DNA from: Candidatus Moranbacteria bacterium RIFCSPHIGHO2_01_FULL_55_24
GTDB lineage: Bacteria > Patescibacteriota > Minisyncoccia > Moranbacterales > UBA1568
Assembly (NCBI GenBank): GCA_001786575.1
Contig: MFRW01000005.1
Span: 23,581-87,580 of the forward strand
Length of the DNA: 64,000 nucleotides
Direction: 5' to 3'
Position numbers and translations under genes: made by a program. Within the stretch, counting starts at the first letter, position 1. Every line of letters begins with the position of its first letter. A model generated the notes under the pieces. It was not told the DNA's origin, ran no database searches, and worked only from the letters and a program-made list of their open reading frames with translations. This document shows positions 8,914-17,382 of this stretch, in pieces.

Positions 8914-10104
8914 ATGGGAGGAAACAAAATAACAAAACGGATTTACTATCCCCTTCTCTCTTCAGAATCTCTGTCGGGAGGGGTTCAGGCTACGGAAGAG
9001 ATGTTGTCCGTATGGGATGCGTTCGATAAGATTGCTCCTGAAAAGCAGGATGTTTTGACGAGCGAAGAAATGCCTCAAAGAATCTCTGATTTTCAGGGCC
9101 AGCTGGGCGTGAGCGACCAGGAAATAGAGAAGTTGAGCATTCTGATCCGCAAGTATTTTTTCGGGACGTTGGATGGAGCGCAGTTTTCCGGAGAAGTTCG
9201 GACTCTTTTCGGCCAAAAAACAGAAGCGGAAAAAGAGAATGCTATAAAATATATCCAAAAAGAAATTTTGGAACTGAAACCGAAACCGAAAATTGTCGAG
9301 AAGGAAAACTTGCAAGAAACCCCGCAGAATAATTCCGTAGTGATATACCCACTTCTCCAAGCGCTTTCCAAATATGAAGGGCTTGGCAACCAGATGGTGA
9401 CGAACGAGCGCATTCACATCAAATCCCAGCCGGAGCCGGTCCGCCCGTCGCTTTTCAATTGGCTCAAATGCTACCGCGATGAGCTCGGTATCGGCCAGCA
9501 CAACAGCGTGCAGCGCGGGCAGTTCCTCTTCCGTTCCGAGAACGGCCGCCGCTTGAATCCCGAGGAGCGCGAGCGTATCAATCTGATACTGAAGTCTGTC
9601 GAAGAGAATTTCCCGCTCCAGATCGATGCACGCCGGCAGGAAATCATCTTCCCGAAGTTCGAGTTCGAGTCGGTCTCGGAGCGCCCGGCCCAGGAATCGA
9701 GAGACGCCTCTCCTCGGATAGAGCTCGCTTTCGGCGGGGCGACCTTCGCCAAAGGCCCGAGTTTCGATGCGCATGGAGAGAATGCAGAGAAAGCACCGGC
9801 ACCGCTTCCTCCTCGGGAAACAAAGAGCTCTGTACCGAACGGCAACCGGTTCACCGTTACGCGCGAGGCTCCGATGGGGAAGCTCCTCGGAGTGAAAGCT
9901 TTCCAAGAGACGGAGGAATCCCCAGCCGGAACCATGAGTTTCTCGTCGAGCCATACGCTCCCGGCAGAACAGGAAGAAAAAGTGCAAGCGACGGGTCAGA
10001 ATCAGGGAGCGAAATTGAAGCCACGGGAGATCAACCCCTTCCATATCCGCCCAGTCAGCCTAGGAGAGGAAAAGAAAAGCCGTAAAGAAACCTCACGCCT
10101 ATGA
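8914..10104 (+). CDS. hypothetical protein in T4SS-like operon
   Basis: ATG at 8914. Protein-like K/E-rich composition, unlike the R/L-rich antisense ORF 8962-10044. Its stop TGA overlaps the next start (ATGA at 10101). Confidence 0.5.
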   Translation: MGGNKITKRIYYPLLSSESLSGGVQATEEMLSVWDAFDKIAPEKQDVLTSEEMPQRISDFQGQLGVSDQEIEKLSILIRKYFFGTLDGAQFSGEVRTLFGQKTEAEKENAIKYIQKEILELKPKPKIVEKENLQETPQNNSVVIYPLLQALSKYEGLGNQMVTNERIHIKSQPEPVRPSLFNWLKCYRDELGIGQHNSVQRGQFLFRSENGRRLNPEERERINLILKSVEENFPLQIDARRQEIIFPKFEFESVSERPAQESRDASPRIELAFGGATFAKGPSFDAHGENAEKAPAPLPPRETKSSVPNGNRFTVTREAPMGKLLGVKAFQETEESPAGTMSFSSSHTLPAEQEEKVQATGQNQGAKLKPREINPFHIRPVSLGEEKKSRKETSRL

Positions 10105-10511
10105 TGTTCAATGTTCCGCAATTCATCGATGTCGAAGACAAGATCGCCGGTCCGCTTACCTGGCGCCAGATCCTCTGGATGATCGGGATGGGCGCGACGC
10201 TCCTCACGTTCTACAACCTTTTCGATAGCACGCTCTTCTTCATCATCTCTGTTCCGACGGTGCTTCTCTTCGCGGCTTTCGCATTCTATCGGCCCAATGG
10301 CATGTCGATGACCGCATTCTTCCTTCACGCGGTATTTTTCTTCTTCCGGCCGAAGGTTTCCGTGTGGGAGAGACCCGCGACTGTCCGGCGGATGCCGCAA
10401 GCGCCGAAGACATCGGAAAACGGGACCCAAGCGCCGCCAGCCGCGAAAGATTTGAGCGAAGATCGGCTGCACGAGTTGGCAAAAATCCTCGATCGGCATG
10501 GAAGAGTATGA
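10101..10511 (+). CDS. PrgI/VirB3-like small membrane protein (two TM helices) immediately upstream of VirB4
   Basis: Two TM helices (ILWMIGMGATLLTFYNLF; FFIISVPTVLLFAAFAFY). Size and position match VirB3/PrgI analogs. Translationally coupled to the upstream gene. Confidence 0.5.
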   Translation: MMFNVPQFIDVEDKIAGPLTWRQILWMIGMGATLLTFYNLFDSTLFFIISVPTVLLFAAFAFYRPNGMSMTAFFLHAVFFFFRPKVSVWERPATVRRMPQAPKTSENGTQAPPAAKDLSEDRLHELAKILDRHGRV

Positions 10512-10543
10512 CGGCAATAACCTGCGGATGCTAGAATAACGAT

Positions 10544-11224
10544 ATGGAATTCCTCAAACCAAAACAAAAAGCTGGCGCATCCAGCACGCAGCGCTACGTT
10601 GACGTCGAAGAAATCCGCGACGGCATCATCGTGCTCAAAAGCGGAGCGCTCCGTTCGGTGCTTCTCGTCTCTTCGCTCAATTTCGATCTCAAGTCGAGCG
10701 AGGAGCAGGATGCGATTATCAGCCAGTACCAAGCTTTTCTGAATTCGCTCGACTTCCCGATCCAGATCGTTGCGAGCTCGCGACGCTTCAATGTGGAGCC
10801 GTATCTGGAGCTCTTGAACGACAAAGAGGCCGTCCAGGAAAACGAGCTTTTGCGTTTCCAAATCGCGGAATACAAGAATTTCATCAAGAATCTGACGGAT
10901 GTCTCGAACATCATGTCCAAGTATTTCTATGTCGTCGTGCCGTTCTCGCCGTCGGAAGATGAGAGGAGCAGCTTCCTCGGGAAGCTGACAGGAATCTTCA
11001 ATCCGCAGAAAACCGTGAATCTCCACGGAGAGCTTTTCGAGACCTATCGGAGCCAGCTCTTCCAGCGTGTCGAACAGGTGACAGCAGCGCTTTCGGGTAC
11101 CGGAGTGCGGGCGACAGCACTCACGACCGAAGAGATCATCGAACTCCTTTATAACAGCTACAATCCATCGCTCTTCGCCACATCGATCATCAAGAACGTC
11201 GATGCGCTGGAACTGATAAAATAA
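10544..11224 (+). CDS. VirB4/TrbE/CagE family N-terminal domain (split from the ATPase domain by an in-frame TAA)
   Basis: RYVDVEEIRDGIIVLKSGALRSVLLVSSLNFDLKSSEEQDAIISQYQAFLNSLDFPIQIV matches the VirB4 N-terminal region. Same reading frame as 11231-13078, with a single TAA at 11222-11224. Confidence 0.6.
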   Translation: MEFLKPKQKAGASSTQRYVDVEEIRDGIIVLKSGALRSVLLVSSLNFDLKSSEEQDAIISQYQAFLNSLDFPIQIVASSRRFNVEPYLELLNDKEAVQENELLRFQIAEYKNFIKNLTDVSNIMSKYFYVVVPFSPSEDERSSFLGKLTGIFNPQKTVNLHGELFETYRSQLFQRVEQVTAALSGTGVRATALTTEEIIELLYNSYNPSLFATSIIKNVDALELIK

Positions 11225-11230
11225 ACACCC

Positions 11231-13078
11231 ATGGAGCCAGGAATCGTATTCACCGCCAAGGAAGAAGAGAAGCCCCCAAGCGACAAGAAGGGCTTGTTCC
11301 ATGCGGAAAAAGCGAGCGAGAGCGATCTCCTCTACCAGAAAGGCTTGGCGACGATCCGGGATCTCATCGCGCCGCCGGCGATCAAGATCACGCCGAACAC
11401 CATGCAGATCGGCGAAGTGGTGTCGCGCACCTTTTTCGTCATCGCGTACCCGCGCTACTTGAGCACCAACTGGTTTTCGCCGATCATCAACATCGACTTC
11501 CCGATGGACATCTCTCTCTTCATCCATCCGATCGATACGGCCGAGATCTTAAAGAACCTGCGCAAATCCGCGACCCAGGTGCAGTCGCAGATCCACATCG
11601 AGGCGGAGGGGGGCAAGATCCGCAACCCGGTCCTCGAAACCGCTCTCGAAGATATCGAAGGACTGCGGGACAAGCTCCAGCAGGGAACGGAAAAATTCTT
11701 CCGGTTCGGCCTCTACATCACGCTCTATGGAGCCGATGAGAAAGACTTAAACGAGAAGAGCCAGGCGATCGAGGCGCTTCTCGAAGCCCAGCTCGTCTAT
11801 ACCAAGCCGGCCGTCCTGCGGATGGACCAGGGATTCGCGGCGACGCGCCCGCTCGCCAACGATGTCTTGGATGTGGCAAACAACCTGAACACCGAGCCGC
11901 TTTCCACGACCTTTCCGTTCGTCTCCTCGGACCTTTCCTCGAACCAGGGCATCCTCTACGGCATCAACCGGCACAACAACAGCCTGGTCTTGTATGACCG
12001 TTTCAATCTGGAGAATGCCAACATGGTCGTGTTCGCCAAGTCCGGTGCCGGTAAGAGCTATATGGTGAAGCTCGAAGTGCTGCGTTCGATGATGTTCGGG
12101 ACGAGCGTTATCATCATCGACCCGGAAAACGAATACAAGCATCTCTGCGAGGCGGTCGGCGGCACGTTCCTCAAGATCTCGCTCAATTCCGAAGCGCGTC
12201 TGAACCCGTTCGATCTTCCGAAGCGCGTGGACGATGAGGACGGCGAGAGCGTGTTTCGGAGCAGCGTGGCGAATCTCATCGGCCTGCTCCACCTCATGCT
12301 CGGGACGGTCACACCGGAAGAAGACTCGATCCTCGACCGCGCCATCCGCGAGACCTATGCGCTCCGCGATATCACCGAGCACAGCGACTACCAGGGCCTG
12401 ACGCCCGAGGCGTTTCCTACGATGTCGGACCTGTACCAGGTACTCCAGAATATGGACGGTGCAGAATCGCTTGCCATGCGGCTCGAGCGCTATACCGAAG
12501 GAATCTTCGGCGGGTTCCTCAACCAACAGACCAATGTGTCTACCGAGAATCAGCTGATCGTTTTCAACATCCGCGACTTGGAGGACGAGCTCCGGCCGAT
12601 CGCCATGTACATCGTGCTTCAGTTCATCTGGAATGAGATCCGCTCGCAGATGAAGAAGCGCCTCGTCGTGGTGGATGAGGCCTGGGTCATGATGCAGAAC
12701 GAAGATGCGGCTTCGTTCCTCTTCGGAATCGCGAAGCGCTGCCGCAAATACTATGCGGGCCTGACCACGATTACCCAGGATATCAGCGACTTCATGGCAT
12801 CCCGCTACGGCAAGCCGATCATCACGAACTCATCGCTCCAGCTCCTCCTGCGCCAGTCGCCGGCGACTATCGATGCGGTGTCCGAGACCTTCTATCTGAC
12901 CGATCACGAGAAATTCCTGCTCCTGGAGAGCAACGTCGGAGAGGGGATATTCTTCGCCGGGACCAAGCATGCCGCGATCAAGGTGATCGCTTCCTATAGC
13001 GAAGACCAGATCATCACTTCCGACCCGCGCCAGCTCTTGGAAATCGAGGAAGCGAAGCGGGATTTCGGGTCTTCATGA
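11231..13078 (+). CDS. VirB4/TraC-type T4SS ATPase (middle and C-terminal ATPase domains)
   Basis: Walker A VVFAKSGAGKSYMVK. Walker B LVVVDEAWVMM. VirB4 middle-domain region IKITPNTMQIGEVVSRTFFVIAYPRYLSTNWFSPIINIDFPMDISLFIHP. Combined with the upstream fragment the length is about 843 aa, typical for VirB4. Confidence 0.85.
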   Translation: MEPGIVFTAKEEEKPPSDKKGLFHAEKASESDLLYQKGLATIRDLIAPPAIKITPNTMQIGEVVSRTFFVIAYPRYLSTNWFSPIINIDFPMDISLFIHPIDTAEILKNLRKSATQVQSQIHIEAEGGKIRNPVLETALEDIEGLRDKLQQGTEKFFRFGLYITLYGADEKDLNEKSQAIEALLEAQLVYTKPAVLRMDQGFAATRPLANDVLDVANNLNTEPLSTTFPFVSSDLSSNQGILYGINRHNNSLVLYDRFNLENANMVVFAKSGAGKSYMVKLEVLRSMMFGTSVIIIDPENEYKHLCEAVGGTFLKISLNSEARLNPFDLPKRVDDEDGESVFRSSVANLIGLLHLMLGTVTPEEDSILDRAIRETYALRDITEHSDYQGLTPEAFPTMSDLYQVLQNMDGAESLAMRLERYTEGIFGGFLNQQTNVSTENQLIVFNIRDLEDELRPIAMYIVLQFIWNEIRSQMKKRLVVVDEAWVMMQNEDAASFLFGIAKRCRKYYAGLTTITQDISDFMASRYGKPIITNSSLQLLLRQSPATIDAVSETFYLTDHEKFLLLESNVGEGIFFAGTKHAAIKVIASYSEDQIITSDPRQLLEIEEAKRDFGSS

Positions 13079-13091
13079 TTAAGAAAATGTT

Positions 13092-13613
13092 ATGGCTTTC
13101 GTGTCTGATTACGCTTCCGGGGAATCCCAAGATGAGGCACTTGCCCAAGAGCTCGAGTACCATACGCGCCTGACGGCGGAACTCCGCGCCCGGGCAGCGG
13201 CGCAGTCTTCTTACGAGACGGTTTCCTCCCAGATCGAACGGGTGAAAAAGAGCAAAGCGAGCCTTTTCGCGTACGCCCCGGCACTCCTCTTAGCCGCTCT
13301 GAAGGACACGCTCGATCTCGTCGCTATAGGCTCTATCCCGGTTATCGGGACGATAATCACGATCTGTGTCTCCTTTCTTATCTTCCTGTCTCTGCTTATC
13401 ACGCGAGCCAACAAAGATCTGATCGATTCGAGATTCGTTCTCCGCATGGGTATCGCCGTCATCGCCGGCTTCATCGTGGAGGGATTCTTCTTCGGGATAA
13501 ATTTCCTGCCGATCGAAGTATTCACGGTACTCGCTGTCCTCTGGATGGATAGACACTTGTCCGATGAGCAGATCCAGGCTTTTTCTGAAAAGGCGAAAAG
13601 CATGAAAAGGTAG
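13092..13613 (+). CDS. hypothetical membrane protein (3-4 TM) in T4SS-like operon
   Basis: ATG at 13092. Hydrophobic segments LLLAALKDTLDLVAIGSIPVIGTIITICVSFLIFLSLLI and MGIAVIAGFIVEGFFFGINFLPIEVFTVLAVLW. Confidence 0.5.
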   Translation: MAFVSDYASGESQDEALAQELEYHTRLTAELRARAAAQSSYETVSSQIERVKKSKASLFAYAPALLLAALKDTLDLVAIGSIPVIGTIITICVSFLIFLSLLITRANKDLIDSRFVLRMGIAVIAGFIVEGFFFGINFLPIEVFTVLAVLWMDRHLSDEQIQAFSEKAKSMKR

Positions 13614-13662
13614 GCGCGGATAGCTGTTTCCCTTCCGATATTTTTGGTATACTAGAGGAAAT

Positions 13663-14319
13663 ATGAGAACATTCTCGCTCGCAGAAAAAAAGTTTATCGG
13701 GACCAGCGCCCTGATTCTTTTCTGTCTCCTTTTCTTCGCTTTTTTCGAGGAGAGTTCGCAGTTGAGCGGGGTGCTCCAGGGTTTCATTATCGGTATCGTT
13801 TTCTTCTTGGTCATTCCGCTCGCGTACTGCAGGATGGTCTTGCGGGAGCCGCTTTCCAATATGGGGTGGCAAAGAGGAGAAGGTATCTTCGGGTTCTTTT
13901 GGCCGCTTCTCTCTGTCGCGATCGCCTTTGCGGGCATTTTCTTCCTTACGTGGCAGTTCCCGGCATTCGCAGAGGCGTATACGTTCCCGGTCGCGGTGGA
14001 GACGAACTTCCTCTGGTTCGTGCTTTATGAGCTCTTCATGGTCCCGTTCATCGTCCTCATCTACGAGTCATTCTTCCGCGGATTGGTGCAGATGCTCTGG
14101 CTCCAAGCGCTCGGCGCATGGGCGATTCTGGTACAGGCGGCGCTTTTCACAGGCCTGGTCTATGTGAGCGACGGCTTCACCTGGGAGACGCTCCCGCTTC
14201 TCGTCTTTGCGCCTTTTGCGGGGTATATCGCCTATAAGACGCACTCGCTCTGGTATGCATTTCTCGGAAGCTGGACATTTCTCTTTCTGACTGACGTACT
14301 CTTTTTGATTCTCCGTTAG
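13663..14319 (+). CDS. CPBP/Abi-like polytopic membrane protein (degenerate CAAX-protease motifs)
   Basis: 6-7 TM helices. IYESFFRGLVQ resembles CPBP motif 1 (EExxxR). Later motifs are not canonical. Preceded by extended -10 TGGTATACT (13644-13652). Confidence 0.4.
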   Translation: MRTFSLAEKKFIGTSALILFCLLFFAFFEESSQLSGVLQGFIIGIVFFLVIPLAYCRMVLREPLSNMGWQRGEGIFGFFWPLLSVAIAFAGIFFLTWQFPAFAEAYTFPVAVETNFLWFVLYELFMVPFIVLIYESFFRGLVQMLWLQALGAWAILVQAALFTGLVYVSDGFTWETLPLLVFAPFAGYIAYKTHSLWYAFLGSWTFLFLTDVLFLILR

Positions 14320-14336
14320 CCTCTAGCCTCAAAAAT

Positions 14337-17129
14337 ATGTTTACATTCGGAAAACGAAAAAAGACCCTTCTCGCTATCCTCATGGTCGGCCAGATGTTCA
14401 TAGGGAGCGCCCTGCCGGCTGCAGCGCTCTTCGGCGGGATCAAGATCCCGTCGGCATCCAAGGTGGTCTCGGACATCGAGAAGCGCTATCATATCGATCT
14501 TGAGAATGTCCAAGATCAGGGAGAGTTGTTCAATGTCCTTTCGAATAAACAGCCTGCTCCGGAGGTCTCTTTATTTTTCTCGCCGTCCGACCCTCGCCTC
14601 GGGGAGAAGATTTCTGCCAAGGCTTTTCCGGTTTATTTTATCAACAATGAAGAATCTCTCTATTACACATGGTACCTGAAGCGCGCTGATTGCGGACTGA
14701 CGAACTCCCCAAGCGCTGCGGTCAGGAGCGCTTGCGATCGGAATAATGATAACCGCATCACCGTAGAAGACTGGAAGATCGAGGCGGTGCGTATCATCGC
14801 CCAGAACGGCTATGACAATACCGCTACCAGCTACTCCTCGGACTCCGATGATGACGGCTATCGTGCGCGTTTCGGCGGCGATAACAGGGCGAATACGCCG
14901 GATTATTGCTACATCCACGACAATTCTTCGGGGAAGAATTACGAGCTGACAGACAGTTCTTCCGACACGAGTTTCTCCTGTCCGGCCGGGACAACTGCAG
15001 TGTGCGTGATCGAGGATGAAGGAGTCGAGCCGGGAGAGATCCCAGAGGGCACATTGGGAACCAGCAGCGCAAGCGATACGTTCGTTGTCGGCAATACCGA
15101 TGAGTGCAGCGTTTCGGGGCTTCCGGCCTGTACAACGAGCGGAACGCCTTCTTGCGGAACAGGAACGCCGCGCTGCGTCGCGAATCCGGAAAGCAATACT
15201 ACTTCCTGCGGTACGGCTTTGAGCACCTGCAGCACGACTTCTTCCGGTAATGCAGATCCTTCCTGCAAGCACCTTTTCCCGAAGGCTTCCGGCGCGACGA
15301 CTGGCGACGGGTCATTCAATGCGAGTGAAGAACGCTTCTGGGGAACCGACCCGAATGATCCGGACACAGCCGACAACGGCAACAAGGACGAAGCGAATGT
15401 CACCGGTCTCGGCCGTTCTACCTTCACCTGGAACTATGCGACAGGCGACCAGGTGGGCGTAGCGGTAGAAGGCACCTCGATGATCGCTACCAAGCATGAC
15501 AATTCTTCGGTGATGATCATGTGGGCCTTCGCCAAGAAGGACTGCCCAGTAGAGGATACCGGATCATATACCCAGTCCATCAAGAATTACAGCGTCGAGA
15601 TAGAGACGGCCGACATGGATCTCAATAATTGTCTGGAACGCAACCTCGTCGACCCGGCCCAAGGCGGCCAGGCGACGAATCTGGAAGTGGAAGTTTCGGC
15701 AACCCCGAATGAGCCGGTGAACGATGAGACCGGGGACGAGTCGGGCGATCTCGTCATCGCCCAGGCGAGCGTGAGCAATGGAGTCCAGGATTTGTCGAGC
15801 ATACTCTTCGATTGGAAGGTAGATATCAGCAATAATATCCAATTCAGTTCCTCGATCGGGCCAACCGCCGATGTCACTGCGGATCTTCGCAGTCTCTCGC
15901 TTTTGAGCAACGCGAAGGGGAATGCTCTGGACGCTGTCCGGCTGAAGCTTGATATTCCGCGGAGCGCGAGCTTGGGCGGCCGGCCGCTTTCGAGCTATCT
16001 TTCCGGAGATGTGGGGTATCTCCGCTTCACTTCCCGGGTGAGCGAGAATTTCTCGCAGGGAATCGCTCGCCAGGGGAGGAGCGATGTGATCGTGAAGTTC
16101 ACTTCCACCCAGAGGAAGATCGTCGCCTATAAGGCAGAACCGGCTCTCGTAGCAGGAAAGATGCAAGTGAGACTCCCTGCCAATGCCGGAGCCATCTGCA
16201 ATGATGATGCCTTGGATCGCAATGTCTGCCGTGTCGTCGAGAACGAAATCGTCGGCTTGAGCGTCGATGAGAATGATCTCACGAATTTCAATTGGACAAT
16301 CAATGGATCGCCGCTCCGCTGTTCCGCAAGCGCCGTATCGCCGGACTGCACCGACGGCCAGCAGAATGCGGTGAATTTCTTCCCGGTCACGGGGAACGTG
16401 GGCGATACCTACACGGTCACGCTCACGGCAAACGACGTGACGAATGGCAAGACCGTCACGCTCTCGCGCTCATTCAATATCGTCTCGCCGCAAGTACGGA
16501 TCGTTTCCGGCGATGAGAACGCCGCGTGGCCGAAATTCCTCGGCCAGTACAGGGATGTGACGGGGACAGCGACGGATTGCCCCGGAGGCCTCTGCGATGA
16601 TGTGAGCAAGAATGTCTTCGAAGCATTCTCCGGCGACAGCCTCACGCTCCAGGCGAAGTTTATCCCGAGCTTCCTCGCGAGTTCCGCCGAAAGGCAGTGG
16701 ACCATCGATAACGAAAACGTATCCGAGACCAGCCCGAACGAACTTGTCTTCCCGGCCGATAAAGCGCCCTTCATGGTCTACAATATCGGGCTCGCGGCCC
16801 GCGTGATGCAGTCCAACGATACCCGGAGGGCTCTCCTGGATATCTGGAATATTTCCCCGCTCGATTCGCCAGAAGTGCATTTCTCTTCAGGGATACAGAT
16901 CGAGCTCCAGGATCCGACTCTTGTCCGCGGCGATGAAACCCCGGTTCAGAAGTATCTGGCCGCTCTGGTATCGTATGTCCCGGCATCGCTTCTTTTCTCC
17001 TTCCGTATCCTTCTAAGCGGAGCGCTCATCCTCTTCGCCACCGGATTCGTGATGGCCATCCTGCCAGGCGGAAGAGCGGCCGAGGCGATTGCTCCAAGTC
17101 CGGGCAGATCCGGCAGAAACGATTGGTAA
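14337..17129 (+). CDS. large secreted Cys-rich/Ser-Thr-rich surface protein with C-terminal membrane anchor (candidate adhesin)
   Basis: Signal peptide MFTFGKRKKTLLAILMVGQMFIGSALPAAALFGG. Cys-rich block (CSVSGLPACTTSGTPSCGTGTPRCVANPESNTTSCGTALSTCSTTSSGNADPSC). Hydrophobic C-terminus (LLFSFRILLSGALILFATGFVMAIL). Confidence 0.6.
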   Translation: MFTFGKRKKTLLAILMVGQMFIGSALPAAALFGGIKIPSASKVVSDIEKRYHIDLENVQDQGELFNVLSNKQPAPEVSLFFSPSDPRLGEKISAKAFPVYFINNEESLYYTWYLKRADCGLTNSPSAAVRSACDRNNDNRITVEDWKIEAVRIIAQNGYDNTATSYSSDSDDDGYRARFGGDNRANTPDYCYIHDNSSGKNYELTDSSSDTSFSCPAGTTAVCVIEDEGVEPGEIPEGTLGTSSASDTFVVGNTDECSVSGLPACTTSGTPSCGTGTPRCVANPESNTTSCGTALSTCSTTSSGNADPSCKHLFPKASGATTGDGSFNASEERFWGTDPNDPDTADNGNKDEANVTGLGRSTFTWNYATGDQVGVAVEGTSMIATKHDNSSVMIMWAFAKKDCPVEDTGSYTQSIKNYSVEIETADMDLNNCLERNLVDPAQGGQATNLEVEVSATPNEPVNDETGDESGDLVIAQASVSNGVQDLSSILFDWKVDISNNIQFSSSIGPTADVTADLRSLSLLSNAKGNALDAVRLKLDIPRSASLGGRPLSSYLSGDVGYLRFTSRVSENFSQGIARQGRSDVIVKFTSTQRKIVAYKAEPALVAGKMQVRLPANAGAICNDDALDRNVCRVVENEIVGLSVDENDLTNFNWTINGSPLRCSASAVSPDCTDGQQNAVNFFPVTGNVGDTYTVTLTANDVTNGKTVTLSRSFNIVSPQVRIVSGDENAAWPKFLGQYRDVTGTATDCPGGLCDDVSKNVFEAFSGDSLTLQAKFIPSFLASSAERQWTIDNENVSETSPNELVFPADKAPFMVYNIGLAARVMQSNDTRRALLDIWNISPLDSPEVHFSSGIQIELQDPTLVRGDETPVQKYLAALVSYVPASLLFSFRILLSGALILFATGFVMAILPGGRAAEAIAPSPGRSGRNDW

Positions 17130-17165
17130 GAGGCTTGTCTGCAAGAAAAATAAAGAAAAATAAAA

Positions 17166-17194
17166 CCGAGGCACCGTAACGCCTCGGTTTTTTT
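17166..17194 (+). terminator. rho-independent terminator at end of T4SS-like operon (abuts tRNA-Leu 3' end)
   Basis: Stem CCGAGGC/GCCTCGG with an 8-nt loop, followed by TTTTTTT. Confidence 0.6.
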
Positions 17195-17195
17195 G

Positions 17196-17278
17196 TGGGC
17201 AGGGAGGGACTCGAACCCTCATTTCACAAGGAAACTAGTTCCTAAGACTAGCGCGTATACCAATTCCGCCACCTGCCC
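17196..17278 (-). tRNA. tRNA-Leu (anticodon TAG)
   Basis: Reverse complement folds as GGGCAGG acceptor, anticodon stem CTAGT / loop CTTAGGA / ACTAG, long variable arm, and T-arm GGTTCGAGTCC. Confidence 0.8.
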
Positions 17279-17382
17279 GAAATTATAGCGTCTACTGATT
17301 CCCTGCCCGAAACGCTCCGCTCGCTAGGGGGATAGAGTATCTGTCAGGGTATCGGTGCGGGTGTGCACCATCCCGGCAAGAA

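Noticed and set aside
8962-10044. 360-aa minus-strand ORF overlapping the 396-aa plus-strand gene
   Set aside because: The composition (R/L/F-rich) is typical of antisense translation. The plus strand fits operon orientation and start/stop coupling.
11222-11224. Possibility that TAA is recoded genome-wide, explaining the VirB4 interruption
   Set aside because: TAA terminates many well-defined genes here (for example uvrD at 2230-2232, HU, the pilins). TGA and TAG also act as stops (for example 10102-10104). The standard code is in use, so the interruption needs a local explanation.
10325-11527. 400-aa minus-strand ORF spanning VirB3-like and VirB4 N-terminal regions
   Set aside because: It is antisense to two genes with clear motifs and has an Arg-rich, low-complexity composition.
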